DNA of 64,000 nt from Camelus ferus (lineage: Eukaryota), in contig NC_045696.1 of NCBI RefSeq assembly GCF_009834535.1, forward strand, positions 1,364,001 through 1,428,000, read 5' to 3'. This document shows, in pieces, positions 36,601 to 49,960 of the stretch. The position numbers and the translations under genes are program-made. Numbering within the stretch: the first letter of the stretch is position 1; each line of letters begins with the position of its first letter. The notes under the pieces are model-generated. The model was not told where the DNA came from and ran no database searches. It was given only the letters and a program-made list of their open reading frames with translations.

Positions 36601-39600
36601 CCCAGGGGGCTGCCACCGGGACACCTGTTCCATAGCCGCCACCCACCCAGAGGCTGCAGCGGCCCTTCCCGCCCCCGCCCCCCATCTCTCCGGGGGCCTG
36701 TGCTCCTCCCAGCAGGAGACACCAGGCTCCGTGTGCTCCCCTCGCCCTGAGCACCCACAGCCCCTCGGACCCCAGCCCCTCTGACCCGTCTTCCCTGGGG
36801 TGCCCTCCTGGCAAGGTGCACCCACACGCCTCCCTTGGGGGTCCGCCTGAATCCCAGCCCCCACTCATTCCTGTCTCCAGCCAGCCTGTCCCTGGCGGGG
36901 AGCCCCGCGCAGGGCACTGGTTTCCCTGCCGTGCCCCTGGCCCTGGACCATCACCTGGCCCAGCAGAACCTCTAGGACAGTCATCAGATGGCCCGAATGC
37001 AGTGAAGGGTGTGGCCTGAGGACCAGGGCCTGCTGGGCTGGACTGAGAGGAGTGTTCGCTGAGAAAGCCCAGCAGCTCACTGGTTATGGACAATGTGGGA
37101 GGGAGGGACAGGTCGCCGGGGAACAAATGAGTGAAGGAGCAGACAGAGGTTTGGGGGCTTTTATGCCCCAGGAGACAAACATGAGTTTTCTGGTGTGGGC
37201 ACGCCCAGCAGACCCGATGCTCTGGGGGGAACCAGCTGCCACGGCACCCCAGTGCTGGCTGGCGGGCCCACCACGCTCTGGCTCGCAGGCGCCCTCCCAG
37301 CGCTCTATCCAGTTCCCAAGGCCGGCCCAGTGGCCTTCTGGGGCCCTCTGAGCCAGGGTTAACACCTGCTTTGCCTTCTGCAGCTCCAGCAGCTGCATCG
37401 GGCCCAAGTTGGTTGGACGAGGCTGCGCACGTGGGTCCCAGGTTCTGTCCTCCCCAGGGAGACCCTGGTCGCACTTGTGACTGAAATGAACAGGCAGCTG
37501 AGGGCTGCTTCCCCAAAGAACGCGGGGGCTGTGGGCCCGGAACAGCCACAGCCTGGGCCTCCCTGCTCCCTGGTGTAGATCAGAAACTTAAAAATTGTGG
37601 TGAGTTCCAGAGGTTGCCTGAGGTTGAGCCCACAGACGTTAGGACCCCAAGGGCCTGCGTGGCCACATCCTGCAAGTGAGGGAGAGCCCGCCAAAGCCTT
37701 CCGGCCGCCCTGTCCCGGGCGTCCAGGCCCCGCCGCTCCCGCCCTCCACCACAGCCCCAAGGACTCTCCTCAGCGTGGACGGAGGCCACGGGGCTGCCGC
37801 CTGCCCCGCCGAGCAGTCACGGTCACCGGCGCATCACATAATCCGTCTGGCACTTACGAGACAGTGCTGGGTCCCCACTGTGAACAAGCACGCAGAGCCA
37901 GAGCCCAGAAGCCCCTCCCGTGCAGCCCGCGGGGGCCCCGGCCCCCAGAGACTGACAGCCGCGCGCCGCTCCCCCAGCCCTTCCTGGGGCCTGGTGTCCT
38001 CCCTGAGCCTGCGTGGCACGTGCTCCCGCTAACACTGGGAAAGCCTTTGCCTCCCTTTAAAAGAAAAGAATTCCTGCGAAGTGGGAAAAATGGAGCTGTT
38101 ACAGAGATAAACGCTCTGAGGCCCAGGGACTCGACTCAGGACGTGGACGAGACACACTGGCTCCACCTTCACTGAGGATGCTCGTCTCCCCACGAGGCAC
38201 CCGCCCAGCCCGAGGAGAAGGGCGCCCGTCCAGCCTCTCCTGTGGGCTGGGAGGCGAGCATGTCTCCACGCTGGCCTGGCCGTGCCCAGCTGTCCCCACA
38301 GGCGTGGGGTGTGGGGCACCTTGTGGGGCCCTTCCCACCTCCGAGCGCCTGGGGTTCCGGCTCGCGGGTGGCTTCCCCGGGACAGTGGCTGGTGCAGACC
38401 CGAGACTCAAACCAAGTTCTCCATGTCTCCACGTCCGGGGACGTGTCTCCCCGACAGGCTCTGCTCCAAGATGGCAAAGGCGGAAGTGCGGACCTCAAGG
38501 TTGGGGTGAATGGAGACCCCCTGGAACCCCGGAACAGAGGTGTGGGGGGCAGCTGAGTGCAGGGGTCGGCCCAAGTCCATAATACCCTGATCCTAGCCGG
38601 GCGGCCCTTCATGGGGAGGAAGGTACTGAGGCCGAGGCTCCCCACGCAGCCCCAGGACCCCAGGGCTGTGACCCCGCCCTCAGGCAGAAGCGCCCCCTGG
38701 TGCTCGCGGCACACCCTGTCATCCCTGGAAGACCCAGGGCCCCGGGAGCTCGCCTGCTGCATGTGCGGCCCTGCACCAGAGAGGTGTCCGCTCACAGAGA
38801 GGCCCCTCCAGGGGGGATTCGGCGGAGAGCCTGGCTCCTGCCCCAGCCTAGAAGGTGGCTTGCTCTGTGGGCCACCAGAGCCCAGCTCCTCCTGGCTGGC
38901 GGTGTGGGCTCAGGGCACAGCGGGGACGCCGGCAGAAGCCTCGCCAGAACAGAGCATGGACAGCGTGCCCTGCCGAGGGTGGAACCGAGGCCCTGTGTTT
39001 GGATGGAAAGGTTCTGGAATTGGCTCTGGGTTAGGGGACATAGTTCTCATCTTAAAGTTGGCCCATCTTAAAAAACCCAAATAATATCAAGTGTCGCATT
39101 CCTGAAGCTAAAAATAAAAGTGCAACCCAACATTTCCTAAGACACAAATGTCCTGGCCAAGAAATTTCATGGCTGCAAACCCCACTGCGAAGCGAGGCTC
39201 AGACAAGGAAATAAATCACTGCGCTCCCGAACAGCCGCGCAGGAAGGGCCCTCGGCCGCCCGTGGCCTCCAGTACACTCCGCCTCTCCCCTTCACATGCC
39301 TTTCCGTCAGCAAAGAGAGCCGTCTCGGCCTGGGCGTCAGGCGGCCTGGGTTGTGTCCGGTCTGGACCCAAGTCCACCCTCCCTGGCCCACGGGGGCCTC
39401 GGCAGCCGCCCCGAGCCCTGGAGCACAGACGTTCCTGCACACGGGGCGATGGCGCCTGCAAGCCCCATGGGGATGCAGGAAAATCAGTGCGGCCTCCAGC
39501 TCAGGACGGGGCTGTGACCACGGCTTCCAGCTGCACAGCCTCCTTCCTCACACCAGCTCTTGCTGAAATTGCCCCGAGGAACGAACCGTGTCCCTGGTGG

Positions 39601-42600
39601 GAGAAGGAAGTGCCTGCACCAGGGGAGAAATTTCTAGAACAGACCCACAGCCCAGCGCAAAAGAGGGAGCCTGACATCCCTATAGTCCTGGCACAGGGTT
39701 GCAGAGGGGCTCAGTGGACCCCCCCAGGTCCACCATCTAGTGAGCGGTTCCTGGGGACATGTCACCCACAGAAGGGCCAGATCAACCCCAGCCACCGCCT
39801 TAGACGCAGGCAGGAATCTTCCAGAAAGCTCCTGCCTGCCCCCGGGGTTGGTGGACTGGGGCTGGGTTTTTCCGTGTGGTAGGGCCGTCTGACCACGGGG
39901 CCATCCCAGCTCCTGAGCCGGGGCATGGACTCTGCCCAAGTCATCCCTTCAGGAAGGGAGGAGGGTGAGGGGGCCTCCCCCGCCGCAGCCGCACTGTAGA
40001 AGGGTCTGAGCCAGCGGGACCCGCATCCCTTACCTGCACCCCAGGACTCTGGGGCTGGGCTCAGAAACCCCACCTTGGCACCTCGGGCCCATGAAAACTG
40101 AGTGCCCACGTCCGGGGGCAGGAATCGCTCTGACAGCAGGACAGGGTCTTGGAGAGAAAAGATGGGCTTGGTGACTGAAAGCAAATGGCACCTTGCCCCC
40201 CGCTCCCCAAGAAAGCAAACCCAAGAATTTGAAGTGAAGTTCAGAAATCCTCCCAGGACTGAAAAGACAGAGGTAGAGGCGACTGTGACCAGAGGTGGCC
40301 GAGCGCCCTGGAGGCAGAGCCAGGGCGGCTGGGCACACACCCAACGTGTGCAACAGGGACAGAGAGGAAAAACAGACACGGAGAAAGACTGACGTCTTCA
40401 GATTGGAAGGGCTCGTGAGAACAGAAAAACTGATTATAAAAATGAGAGATACGGAGGGAGGGAGAGAGAGACAAATCGTGGGTGAACCTCTGTGGGAGAC
40501 GGCGTGGGGGGCTGGCCAAGACCCCTCCGCAGCAGGATGGGGGGTTCCCCGAGGAAGGAGGCACCCCAAGCCCAGCACCAGCTCCTTAGGACTGGGGTGA
40601 GCCCCATCTCTCCACCCTCACGTCCAGCTGCGTTCACGAACTCGTCTGCTCTAGAGAAATTTCAAATTCATAGAAAATCAAATAGGTCCCACTGCCTCCA
40701 CGGTTCTGGCCTCAGGTCACGTGGAAGGTTCCACACCCGCTGCACAATTCTCAAACCAGCATCCTGTTCTGCTGTAACACTTCAGCGGTTCCAGCGGTGC
40801 ACACAGACACTGAAGTATCAAATTCACTTGGAGTTAGCAGGGGTGTGCTCCAGCTTCTTGAGGGATGTGCACGGAAGTTCGAGGACGCTTCCCCATGGGT
40901 CAGGACCCTCTGCAGCAGCCCCAGGCGAGAGCCCTACGAGGGGGCTCTCCTGAAACGCACCTGGGAGGAGGCGGCGCCTCCAGGACGCAGGGTCCACGGG
41001 CGGGGACAGCCGGCCCAGGCAGGACCAGGAGCTTATAGCCAGGTCAGCCGGGACTGCAGGCAGCCGGCTGGGCACAGGCAGGGGCTCTGGGAGCCCACCC
41101 AGGCACAAAGAGGAGTGGACACGGGGACTCTGGGTGTAAAGCCACAAGCAGGCCTGGAGACGGGGCTGCGGCCAGCAGGCGGCAGACACCCCGTGAGAGA
41201 TCAAGTCTCCCCCAGGTGAGGCCGGGGCCCAGAGCCACCGTCAGCCTCTCGGTGGGCGTGGTCACGTCCGTGGGTCCTGGGTCAGGACGTGGATGGGGAC
41301 AGGCTGCCCGGGATCCTGGCGGGGCCAGGCCTGAGATGGTCTCCTTCACTTTTCTCCCTCTCAGATCCCTTAGGCCTCTGCTGGGGTCCCTGCCCTGCTC
41401 AGTCAGGCTTCTGTGGACACACAGCCACCCAGCAGCCACCCCCAGGCAGCACGTGTGAGAGTCGGGGGGCACCTCTCAGCCCAGCTGAGCCTCTGCTGGG
41501 AAGGCGGGACCTCGCTGTCTGAGCCCAGACGCCAATTCCCCAGGAACCGGGCACTGAATCTTTTCTTTCAGGCTTTAGTTTGGGGTTTTAACTTTCTCCT
41601 GGGGACTGCCACGATGGGGGGCTCAGAGATGCGTGAGAGGCGTGTGATGGTGGGAGTCTCGGGCCACCTGTCAGAGCAGCACCGCCCCCTCCCAGAGGGG
41701 CCAGGCGAGACCTCGTTTGGGGCAGAGGATGAGGGTGCAGGGTGGCGTTGGAGGAGCCACCTGGGGAGGCAGGGGGACAGGGCTGTCCGCTGGGAGGCAG
41801 GTGCCTGGCTGACCCCAGGCCTAATGAGAACAGTCAGAAGCAGGGAGGGTGGGGGCCTCTCTGCCTGGGAGGCCACGGAGGGATGGACAGCCAAGGCATT
41901 CCTTGACAGGACACCTTCCAGCCTCACCCGCTGCCTTCTCTGAGCTGGAGGGAGATCCCGGGCCTCCTCCCAGCCACCGGCCCTTTGCTCCTTCTCCGTA
42001 ATTGGCCAGAACCCAGAGAGGGGAGAAGCTGAGACCTCGCTGCCCCACAGGCTGGGTGACACCGGGGACTCATGTCTGACCCGGGGGACTCCAGCCCTCC
42101 CCCTTTACTGTGCCTTCACTTGCAGAAACTGCATTGAGGGGCTGAGCCCAGAGGAGCCCTTCCTTGGGCCACTGTCCACCCCCGTCCATCCCCACCACAG
42201 CCAGGGGCCCTTCTCAGGGGTGCCAGGCCCGCGCCCCCCCAGGAGAGAAACGGCCTCTGTCAATTCGTCCCTCTGGCCGCGCTGGGCACAAGGTGACCTG
42301 CACACCTCGGGGTTGCAGCTCCTGCCCTCCAGGGGCTCCGCGGGGGGAGTGTGGGTGCAGACACGCAGCCGCCCTGTGAGGTACCCCCCCCCGCCCCGGT
42401 CAGGACAGCCAGCAGCCGAGCACTGATCTGCTCCCTTCGGGGTTGGCGTCTTCTCCGGACGGGGGTGGGCAAATGCACTGTGTCCAGAACAGGCGGCGGG
42501 AAGCAGCGGTGACGGCCCTGCATCAGTGGCCGCCAGACGCCGGCGGGCCGAGGGGGCAGACGGGCCAGGCCTGTGCCGAGATTTCATCTCTCCCGACTCC

Positions 42601-45600
42601 CGACTTGTGGAGCTGAACCTTGGAGCATCTCTCCGGCTATAAATACACATGTGAGTCAGAAGAGGAAACGCTTCCAGCCAGGCAGCCGGCCCTCCCAGTG
42701 GCGGCTCCACGCAGCCCGCGAGGGTCCGGGCGCCCTCCCCACCCCGCCTGCCTGGCCATGGCCTACTTTCCAGGCCAACACCAAGTTTGACGGAAAGTTA
42801 TTAACAAAGGGAGGCTTTCTGCTTCTCGGCTGCGGCGCCCACCGGGCCGCCGTGTGCACGGGGCTGAGAGAAGTGTCTCCGGGGGCCCAGGTGTCTGCCG
42901 CCCTCGCTGCCTCTCTGCAGACAGCAGGTTCTCCCAAGGAAAACTGCCTGCGTCCTAGTGTGTCTCAGAAAATGTGGAAGAGTGGTCGGCCCCTCTCAGG
43001 TCGGCCCGACGGGGTCTGGCGTTGGCACTGCCCCCACCTCGTCCACCACGGTCCTTCCTTCCTGTCCCTTCCTGCTCCTCCCAGCTCTGGAGAGCATGGA
43101 GCCCCTGATGTCCAGCAACAAGGATTGATTCTGAGGAGACCCTGACCTCCGACCTCTGACCCCTGCCCTCCGAGAGGCTGATAAAGGAGAGTGGGTCTCC
43201 TGCTCCTGGTGCTCCTGTGAGCTTCTCGGGGTCTAGAAGACGCTGGAGGAGCCCCCCTCCTCCGTGCTCAGGGCTCAGAGAAACAGCTGTTCTCCCATCC
43301 TCTCCTCTCCCTGGGCCCCCTCGGGGGTGCTCAGCCCCACCCCGGCCCCTGCAGGTGCGCCCGCCTACATGGGACCCTGACCCCCAGAAAGAACCTTCAC
43401 TAAAGTGGGGATGCGTTTGTGTCCTCGTGGCCACGTCAAGGGCTCACCGTAGGGGAAGCCTCGGAATAGAAGCACCACACAGAGAAAATGAAGGCTGCTG
43501 ACCGGGCCTGTGGCTCTCCTGTCTCGGTGCTGGAGGATGTCCCGTATTCCCTACAGCGAGCACCATTACCTACCGTCTGGGGAGGAGCACGCCGCTTCCC
43601 CACGCCGGCCCGTCGCCCCGCCAGGGTCCCCACCTCCGGACACCACCCCGGCTCCACCGGCAGCCCCGTCTCTTCCTCACGGGAGGCGCTCCCAGGTCCT
43701 GGGGCCGAGACCTTGTCACTAGGGGTGGCCAGCACCTAGGGAGCTGCCGGAAATGCAGCCCCTGTCCCCCCCCCCTGGCCAAGCATCAGAGCCTGCACCT
43801 TGACAGGGATCCGGTGGCTCGTACACTCGCCAGAGCCTGACGGGTGTTGGCAGTTTAAGTATCAAAACTCCAGAAACCGCAGCTGGCAGAGGGCCGGGTT
43901 TGGGAGATGAACGTTGTGGCGGGTGGAGAACCCGCAGGGCTTCGGGGGGCGCCCTTCGTCCTCCCAAAGTCGCCTTGGCAGTTTCTGAACACAGGGGTCT
44001 CGCACACGCTCGGGCGCTCACGGCGCGGTCACGTTCGTGTGCCAAGCCGGAAAGCGTGTTTGACTTGTGCCCTCACGGCGATCGTCCCCTTCTTCTTGCT
44101 CTTTCTCACTCAGTCTCTTTCCAACAGCCGCCCCGCCTGCGGGGGCCGCACTGACGAGCTTTGGTCGGTCTACAGAACAGAGCAGAACCGCTGTCAGAGC
44201 GGGAGCAGCCGGGCTGGGCTCCCGCAGCCTCGTGGGAACCGTGGCTTCAGCCAAGACGGGTCAGGAGGGCGCGGGGACCAGACGCGGGCGGCAGAAGAGC
44301 GCTGACTAAAGCCCGGCTGGGGAGGGGGTGGCCTCGGAAAGCTGGGGATTGCGGGACGCTTGCCACTGGTGCTGGCGGGCGGGGCGGGGTCTGCTGTCCC
44401 AGGACAGCTGAATGCGCCCTTTGTCCCCAGAGGCCGTCTCATTAGTGCCATTTTCTGAGCTGTCACACGCGGCACCTTCTGCCCGTTGGGGCCTCATTGC
44501 ACTTGTGGGGACAGAGGGAGGCCAGAGGCGGGCTCCCCTCCTGGGCGCAGCCTCAGATGTATCCATTGAAGAAGCAGGGCCCCAGGCCAGAGACAACAGG
44601 GACCCCATGGCCAGGCCACACTTGGCGACAGGGGCTGCCCACCAGACTCCTTGCGGATGAGAGCTGTGTTCCCCGGCAGGGACCAGACGCAGCCTGGCCT
44701 CAGGCAGGGTGTCCTGACCTCGTGCTGGTCGTGGACCCTGTTCCCAATATGAAGCTCCGACACCAGGAATTTAGTGCACCCGAAACACCGGATGCCCCAG
44801 GGCTGCAGATGCCCCGCCCTGCCCCTTGCTGATGCAGGGCCTCCTCCTCCAGGCCCTGCCATCCAGAGGACCGAGATCTCTGAGGTCAAGGGTCAGAGGC
44901 AAGGTCCCTGGCTGAGGAGGGCTCTGATGGAAGGTGTGGGGTGGGATGTCGAAGGGTCACAGGGGCTCACCAAGGAGGCAGAGCCCCAAAGGCTCCGGCC
45001 TGTTGGGCGTCCTGTCCTGGGGGGATGGGGGAGCCGGCGGCAGCCGCAGGTGGAATTCCTGGCCGCCCTCTCTCCCCAGCACCCTTCCCACCCGCAGAGA
45101 CCGCCCCGGCCCAGAGGCCGCCCCTTCTGTGGTGGTTTGCAGCGCTGCCCCAGGAGGCTGGCATGTACTTCTGCCCCAAACTGCAAGCGTGCCCCCAGCC
45201 CAGGGGCCGCAGTGCCTCCAGGAGAACCTGCCTTTCTTGTAGGGGGCACACCCGTAGAGAGGGCTGGAGCGGGCAGCCAGGACAGGGTAGGGACCGAGAG
45301 CTGAGGGCCTAGACCGCAGGAGGCTCTGCCCAGATTGCCCAGATGTGGGAAGGGGAGACCAGGCCTTCCCCTGCTCAGGGAGCCACCCGCTGCAGGTCAG
45401 GGACGGGGACCCCCGCACCGGGGTGATGGAGGTGTTGGCCTGTCCTTAGGGACATATTTTTAATGGATAAGGACACCAGGAGAGTTTGTGGACTCAGAGT
45501 TCTCATCCATGTGAGTAAATCTTAACCCCAGGGGCTTTGACAAAAGCCCCCCCCCACCCAGGGCACCCCCTCTTCTAATATGTCCTGCTGGGGAAGGGGA

Positions 45601-47029
45601 CCCTAGAATTGAAGGGGTGCCCAGGGATGCCTGGCAAGACCCACAGTCCTGGGCGCTGGGCCAACCTGCTGATGGTCCCCAGTGGATTCTGGTCTCATTG
45701 ACCACAGGCTTGGGTAAGGGGTCAACCCAGACCCACAAGGGGCTGAGAGCCACCAGGCACGGCCAGGGTTGAGGGTCCCATGCTGGGTGGGGCTGGCCTC
45801 ATCCTCCTGCCTTGTGTGCACCCCGAATGGCCTGACCCCTCTCTGCACCCTGCTTTTCTCTGAACACCCTGGGTTTCAACCTCTACTTGTGGACCCTGCT
45901 TGCCGGTCAGGCCCTTCCAGAAGGACCAGGAGGAGCCGCACAGCCCTTGCGGCTTCCAGTGGGGACTGTGTCTTCGCCACCCGGGTCCCTGGGTCTGGCT
46001 TAGCAGGGCATTCACGCCCGGCTCAGACCCAACCTGCAGAAGAGACTTAAACCCAGTGGCTTTGGGGTCTTGTTAACCAACAGAGCCCACTTTTCCCCCT
46101 AGAGCACCCGGCCCCGTGCTTGACAAACGCGCCCCACTTCCTCCCGGCTACTCCTGTTCTTAGAATGACCTTGAAGGGAATCTGCAAGTCTGCGCCTCCA
46201 GGCTCCTTGTCACAGAGGCCTGTCCTGCTGGCCCTGCAGAGGGGACAGAGGGTTCCGCAGCAAGGTGACTGAGAGCCAGGGCCATAAAGCTCCCAGACCT
46301 CGCTCCCCCGCCATGCCCCCCCACCTCAGGCATCCCCCAGTTCCCGCTTTGCTCTGCTGTGGCCCCTCAGCCCCCACGTGCTTGCTGCTAAGTGCAATGC
46401 CGGCCCTCCGGTGGGTCCTCTGTGTGGCAGGTGCTTTAAGCATGCTGGAGCATGTGACCCACGAGACCTTTGATTTGTCCCTCCCAGCAGGGTGCTCTGG
46501 GTGCGAGGGCTGTGCAGCCGGTGCCCCAGCTCTGACAGCACCTTTAGGCTCTGGGGCTGCACAGTCAGGCTGTTCTTGAGTCTTCAAGCTAAAAACACGC
46601 TTGCTGAAATTACGACAAATGCAGCCCTGCTCTGCGGATTTGCTAACAGCCCTCCTGCCGATGCCTGGATCCAGGCAGCCAGACAGCTGCTCGAAGCGAC
46701 TTCTCTCTCAGTGACATTGAAACAAGCAAGGTCGCCCGGCGTCCTGCAAACCCAGCGAGGACCCTGAACTGGTCGGCTCTGCCCACATGGCTCCAGGCAC
46801 CATGGAGGACCAAGCGCGCCCCTTGCCTCCTTCCCTTGTTCCCCAGAGGGGCTGGAGGCTGGTGGGCTGTGGATGGTGGTGGCATGGCCCAGCTCCCAGT
46901 GGGTACAACCTCTGGTCTTGGCTTAGGCCATCATCTGCCCCCCTGCCTGGGCTCTCCCCTCAGTTCTGAGGTTTTTCCCTGACCCTCTGGTCCCGTTCTC
47001 CATTTGGTCTCCACAAGTGGCTGTCCAGA

Positions 47030-47330
47030 ATCAAGGTGGCATAAGTCTGATAGTGCACTCTGGTCAGTGGGGTAGCAGTGGAAATGGTAGATATGCCTCT
47101 CAAGCAACGTCCAGAGAGCAGGCATATTTCCTTCTCTTTTGCTTTCTCCAGTTGGCTGGAATACAGGTATGATGGCTGGCACTTGGGCACCCATCTTGAA
47201 CTGTGGGTTAGCAGCCAGGTGTTGAGGATGACTGTGCAGCAGGATAAATTGAGGATGAAGCCTCAGTCCCAGCCCCGGGAAGCTTATATTTGTATGAGAA
47301 ATTTAAATTCTGTTTAAGTTGCTTTTTACT
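47030..47330. mobile_element. Degraded MLT1 (J/K-like) LTR
   Basis: GGCTGGAATACAGGTATGATGGCTGG...CCATCTTGAACTGTG and ATGAGAAATTTAAATTCTGTTTAAG. Confidence 0.5.
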
Positions 47331-47339
47331 TCTTCTTTG

Positions 47340-48700
47340 TCCTGTGAACTTTTCCTAGGACTTGTACAATGTCAACTAGAATGGTGACAGTGGGCACCTC
47401 TGTCTCGTTTCTGATCTTAAAAGAAAAGCTTCAAGAGTTTACCCTTAATATGATATATGAAACAGGCTTTTAGAAAAATATCCTTTTTATATGTCCTGAA
47501 AGTTTTAGTCATTAGAATTATTTCTTCCTAAATGTTGGTAGAATTATTTCTTTCTAAAATGTTGAAAGGAACTTATTTCTTTCCTAAATTTCTTTCAAAG
47601 CCATCTGGACCCGGTTTTGCTCTGAAAGGTTTTATCCACCTGGTCCGGCCTCACTGATGTCTGCAGGGCCTCCAGGCTGCTGCTTTCTTCTTGGTGTGCT
47701 GTTGTTAGCTTTATTCTACTAGAATTCCGTCCACTTCACCCAAGTTTTCAGATAACTTAGCATAAAGTGATTCATAACGTCTCCCATGTAATCGGTGGCG
47801 CACGCGTGGGTGCGCCGTCTGCTCTCACTCCCAGCACTGGTTACCGCGCCTCCGACCTCCTGATCAGGATGACCAGGGCTTTGTCCATTTTATCGGCCAT
47901 CTTCAGAGCTGAGTTCTGGAATTGTCGATTGCCATTGCATGTTTGTTTTAAACTTGATATTTCTCTCCCTTTCCCATGTTTCTTCTTCTCTCCTTTCTTG
48001 CCCTCTTGGAACAGATTTTGTTCTCACTCGTTCCTGTAAAAGTTAAGATGCCGTGTGCTCTGTGTCCGGCGCTTCATCCATTGTGGGACTTGCCTCCTTA
48101 AACCCACTGCAGGCTGGAGTTAGCCACCCGCCCTGCATGCTCCCGTGGCTCTGTCTTGCTCTGTCGTGGTTGGTAGACTAAGTGTGGCGTCCCAGAGAGT
48201 CTCCTTTTCAGGTCTAACTGTTTATGTTTGCCGCTTCTTTGCTCGTAGTCGTGTGCTCTTCGCATTTTCCGTGGTTCTGTTTCGGCTGAACTAGAGGTAA
48301 TCTCTTCAGGCCTTGCACTTCAATAGTTCTTTCTTTAACTACCTTTAACTGCAACTGAATCAATCCTTTGGTTAATAAATCTTTATTCTAATTTTATTTG
48401 TTTTTTAGTCCATTGAGTTTTATCTCCCTTTTTATACTTGATATTTTTCATTTCTAGAAATTCTGTCTGGTCTTTCTGCATTTGGCTTGATCACTTTTTC
48501 AGGGTCACACACCCTTTCTTATACGTGGAGTTCCCTGTTTGTCCCCTCAAGCACGCCTGGCCTGCGATGCCCCACACTGACAGCCCCGCGGCGGGGCGTC
48601 TGGGAGTCACATTTGCTGCCTGTGGTCTTCGGGCTCATACGCGGTGCCTTGTGGCCTGTGTGCTTTGTGGTTTCTCGCTACGATTTCCCGTGTCTGGGAC
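47340..48700 (-). mobile_element. Old L1 fragments
   Basis: AATGGTGACAGTGGGCACCTCTGTCTCGTTTCTGATCTTAAAAGAAAAGCTT; ATTTTTCATTTCTAGAAATTCTGTCTGGTCTTT. Confidence 0.65.
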
Positions 48701-49229
48701 TTTTACCTGTGGGGGCCCCGGAGGTCGGGCTGAGTCTCTGCCAGCCTGAAACCTCTTCACTTGGAGTTCTGGCCTTGGACCCCTCAGGTGGTGCGAACTG
48801 GGGATGTCAACCGCAGGAGGGTCCACTGGTGGCCGCACCTCTGGGAGGAGAGGTTTCCTCCTCCCCTCAGTGCTGAGAGTGGGGACCGGCCGTCCCCCGG
48901 GGGCGGGGGTAGGGCCGGTGTCCTGCATTATTTATCCCTGTGAAGAGGCTACAGTCCCTCTGAGGGTGGGGCCCACCTTAGACTGCACGCTTCAGTTGGC
49001 CCCGAGCCTCCTCCCCTGGGCCTTCCCGTGGCTCCAGGCTGCTGCACACACTCCAGCTCCAGCCTCGCGTGTTCCCTCCTCACCTGCCAGCTCCCTCGAG
49101 TGTCTGAGAAACACTGTTCATGTTTTATTCAGCAATTCTGCTTCTAGTGGGAGTAACGGGCAGGGAACCAAGTCCCCAGATCTGCCAGAAATAGAAGTCT
49201 CCGTGTGTGTCTACGACCCTGGTGCCAAG

Positions 49230-49960
49230 AGGGCCCCCCTGCCGGGGCCCGGCTTGGGGGTGAGGGAAGGCAGGGGACGGCCTGGCTGCCCACAGGTGAC
49301 CTCTGCTCCATGCTCAGGGCGGGGTGCTGAAGTCACGGGCGCTCCGGGGAGAAGCGCCCCGCCGTCACTGCCGCACGGGCCGCGTGGCGTGCGGGGCGAG
49401 GGCCGCCTTGCTCTGTAACAGGCGCAGGCCGTGGCTGTCTCCGGGCGTTCTCTGCGCGGAGTGGCTCCCGCCTTCGCGCCCACGTCACAGCTCTGGGGCG
49501 GCCGGCGCTGGGCCCCGGCTTGCCTGCTGCTGGGACCCCACTTGGCCAGGACACATGGGAGGCCCTGCTCTCCCAGCCCTGGCCGCTTGTTCCCGGCACG
49601 GCCCAGGGAGTGATGGCATGGCCCCGCGTCGTCAGCAAGGCCACGGAGAGCCAGGGGCTGGCCACGCGGGCCGCGCAGGGGCGGCACCGCCCGTGGCCGA
49701 GAGGTCGCCGCGTGAACCCGGGCGGGGCCGCCCTCCCCGGCAGAGCTGTGGAAGGCGCGGCGGGACGCCGACGTCTCTGCACACGGCCGGCTGTCCACGG
49801 GGCCCTCGCAGCGCGCGCGCGCGCCGTCAGCCCCACCCCGCCGCGCCCTACAGGGAAGGTTTACATCTCCCTCCCGCGGCCGGCTGCCCGCGGCCCCGCA
49901 GACCCACTCTCCTCGGCTCCGGCCGGTTCCAGAGTCGTGGCCCCCACGTGGGCAGTCCCA
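49230..49960. promoter_or_regulatory. Orphan CpG island
   Basis: Dense CpG over ~0.7 kb, GC box GGGCGGGG ~49719, (GC)7 at 49811-49824; no recognisable repeat or coding exon. Confidence 0.75.
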
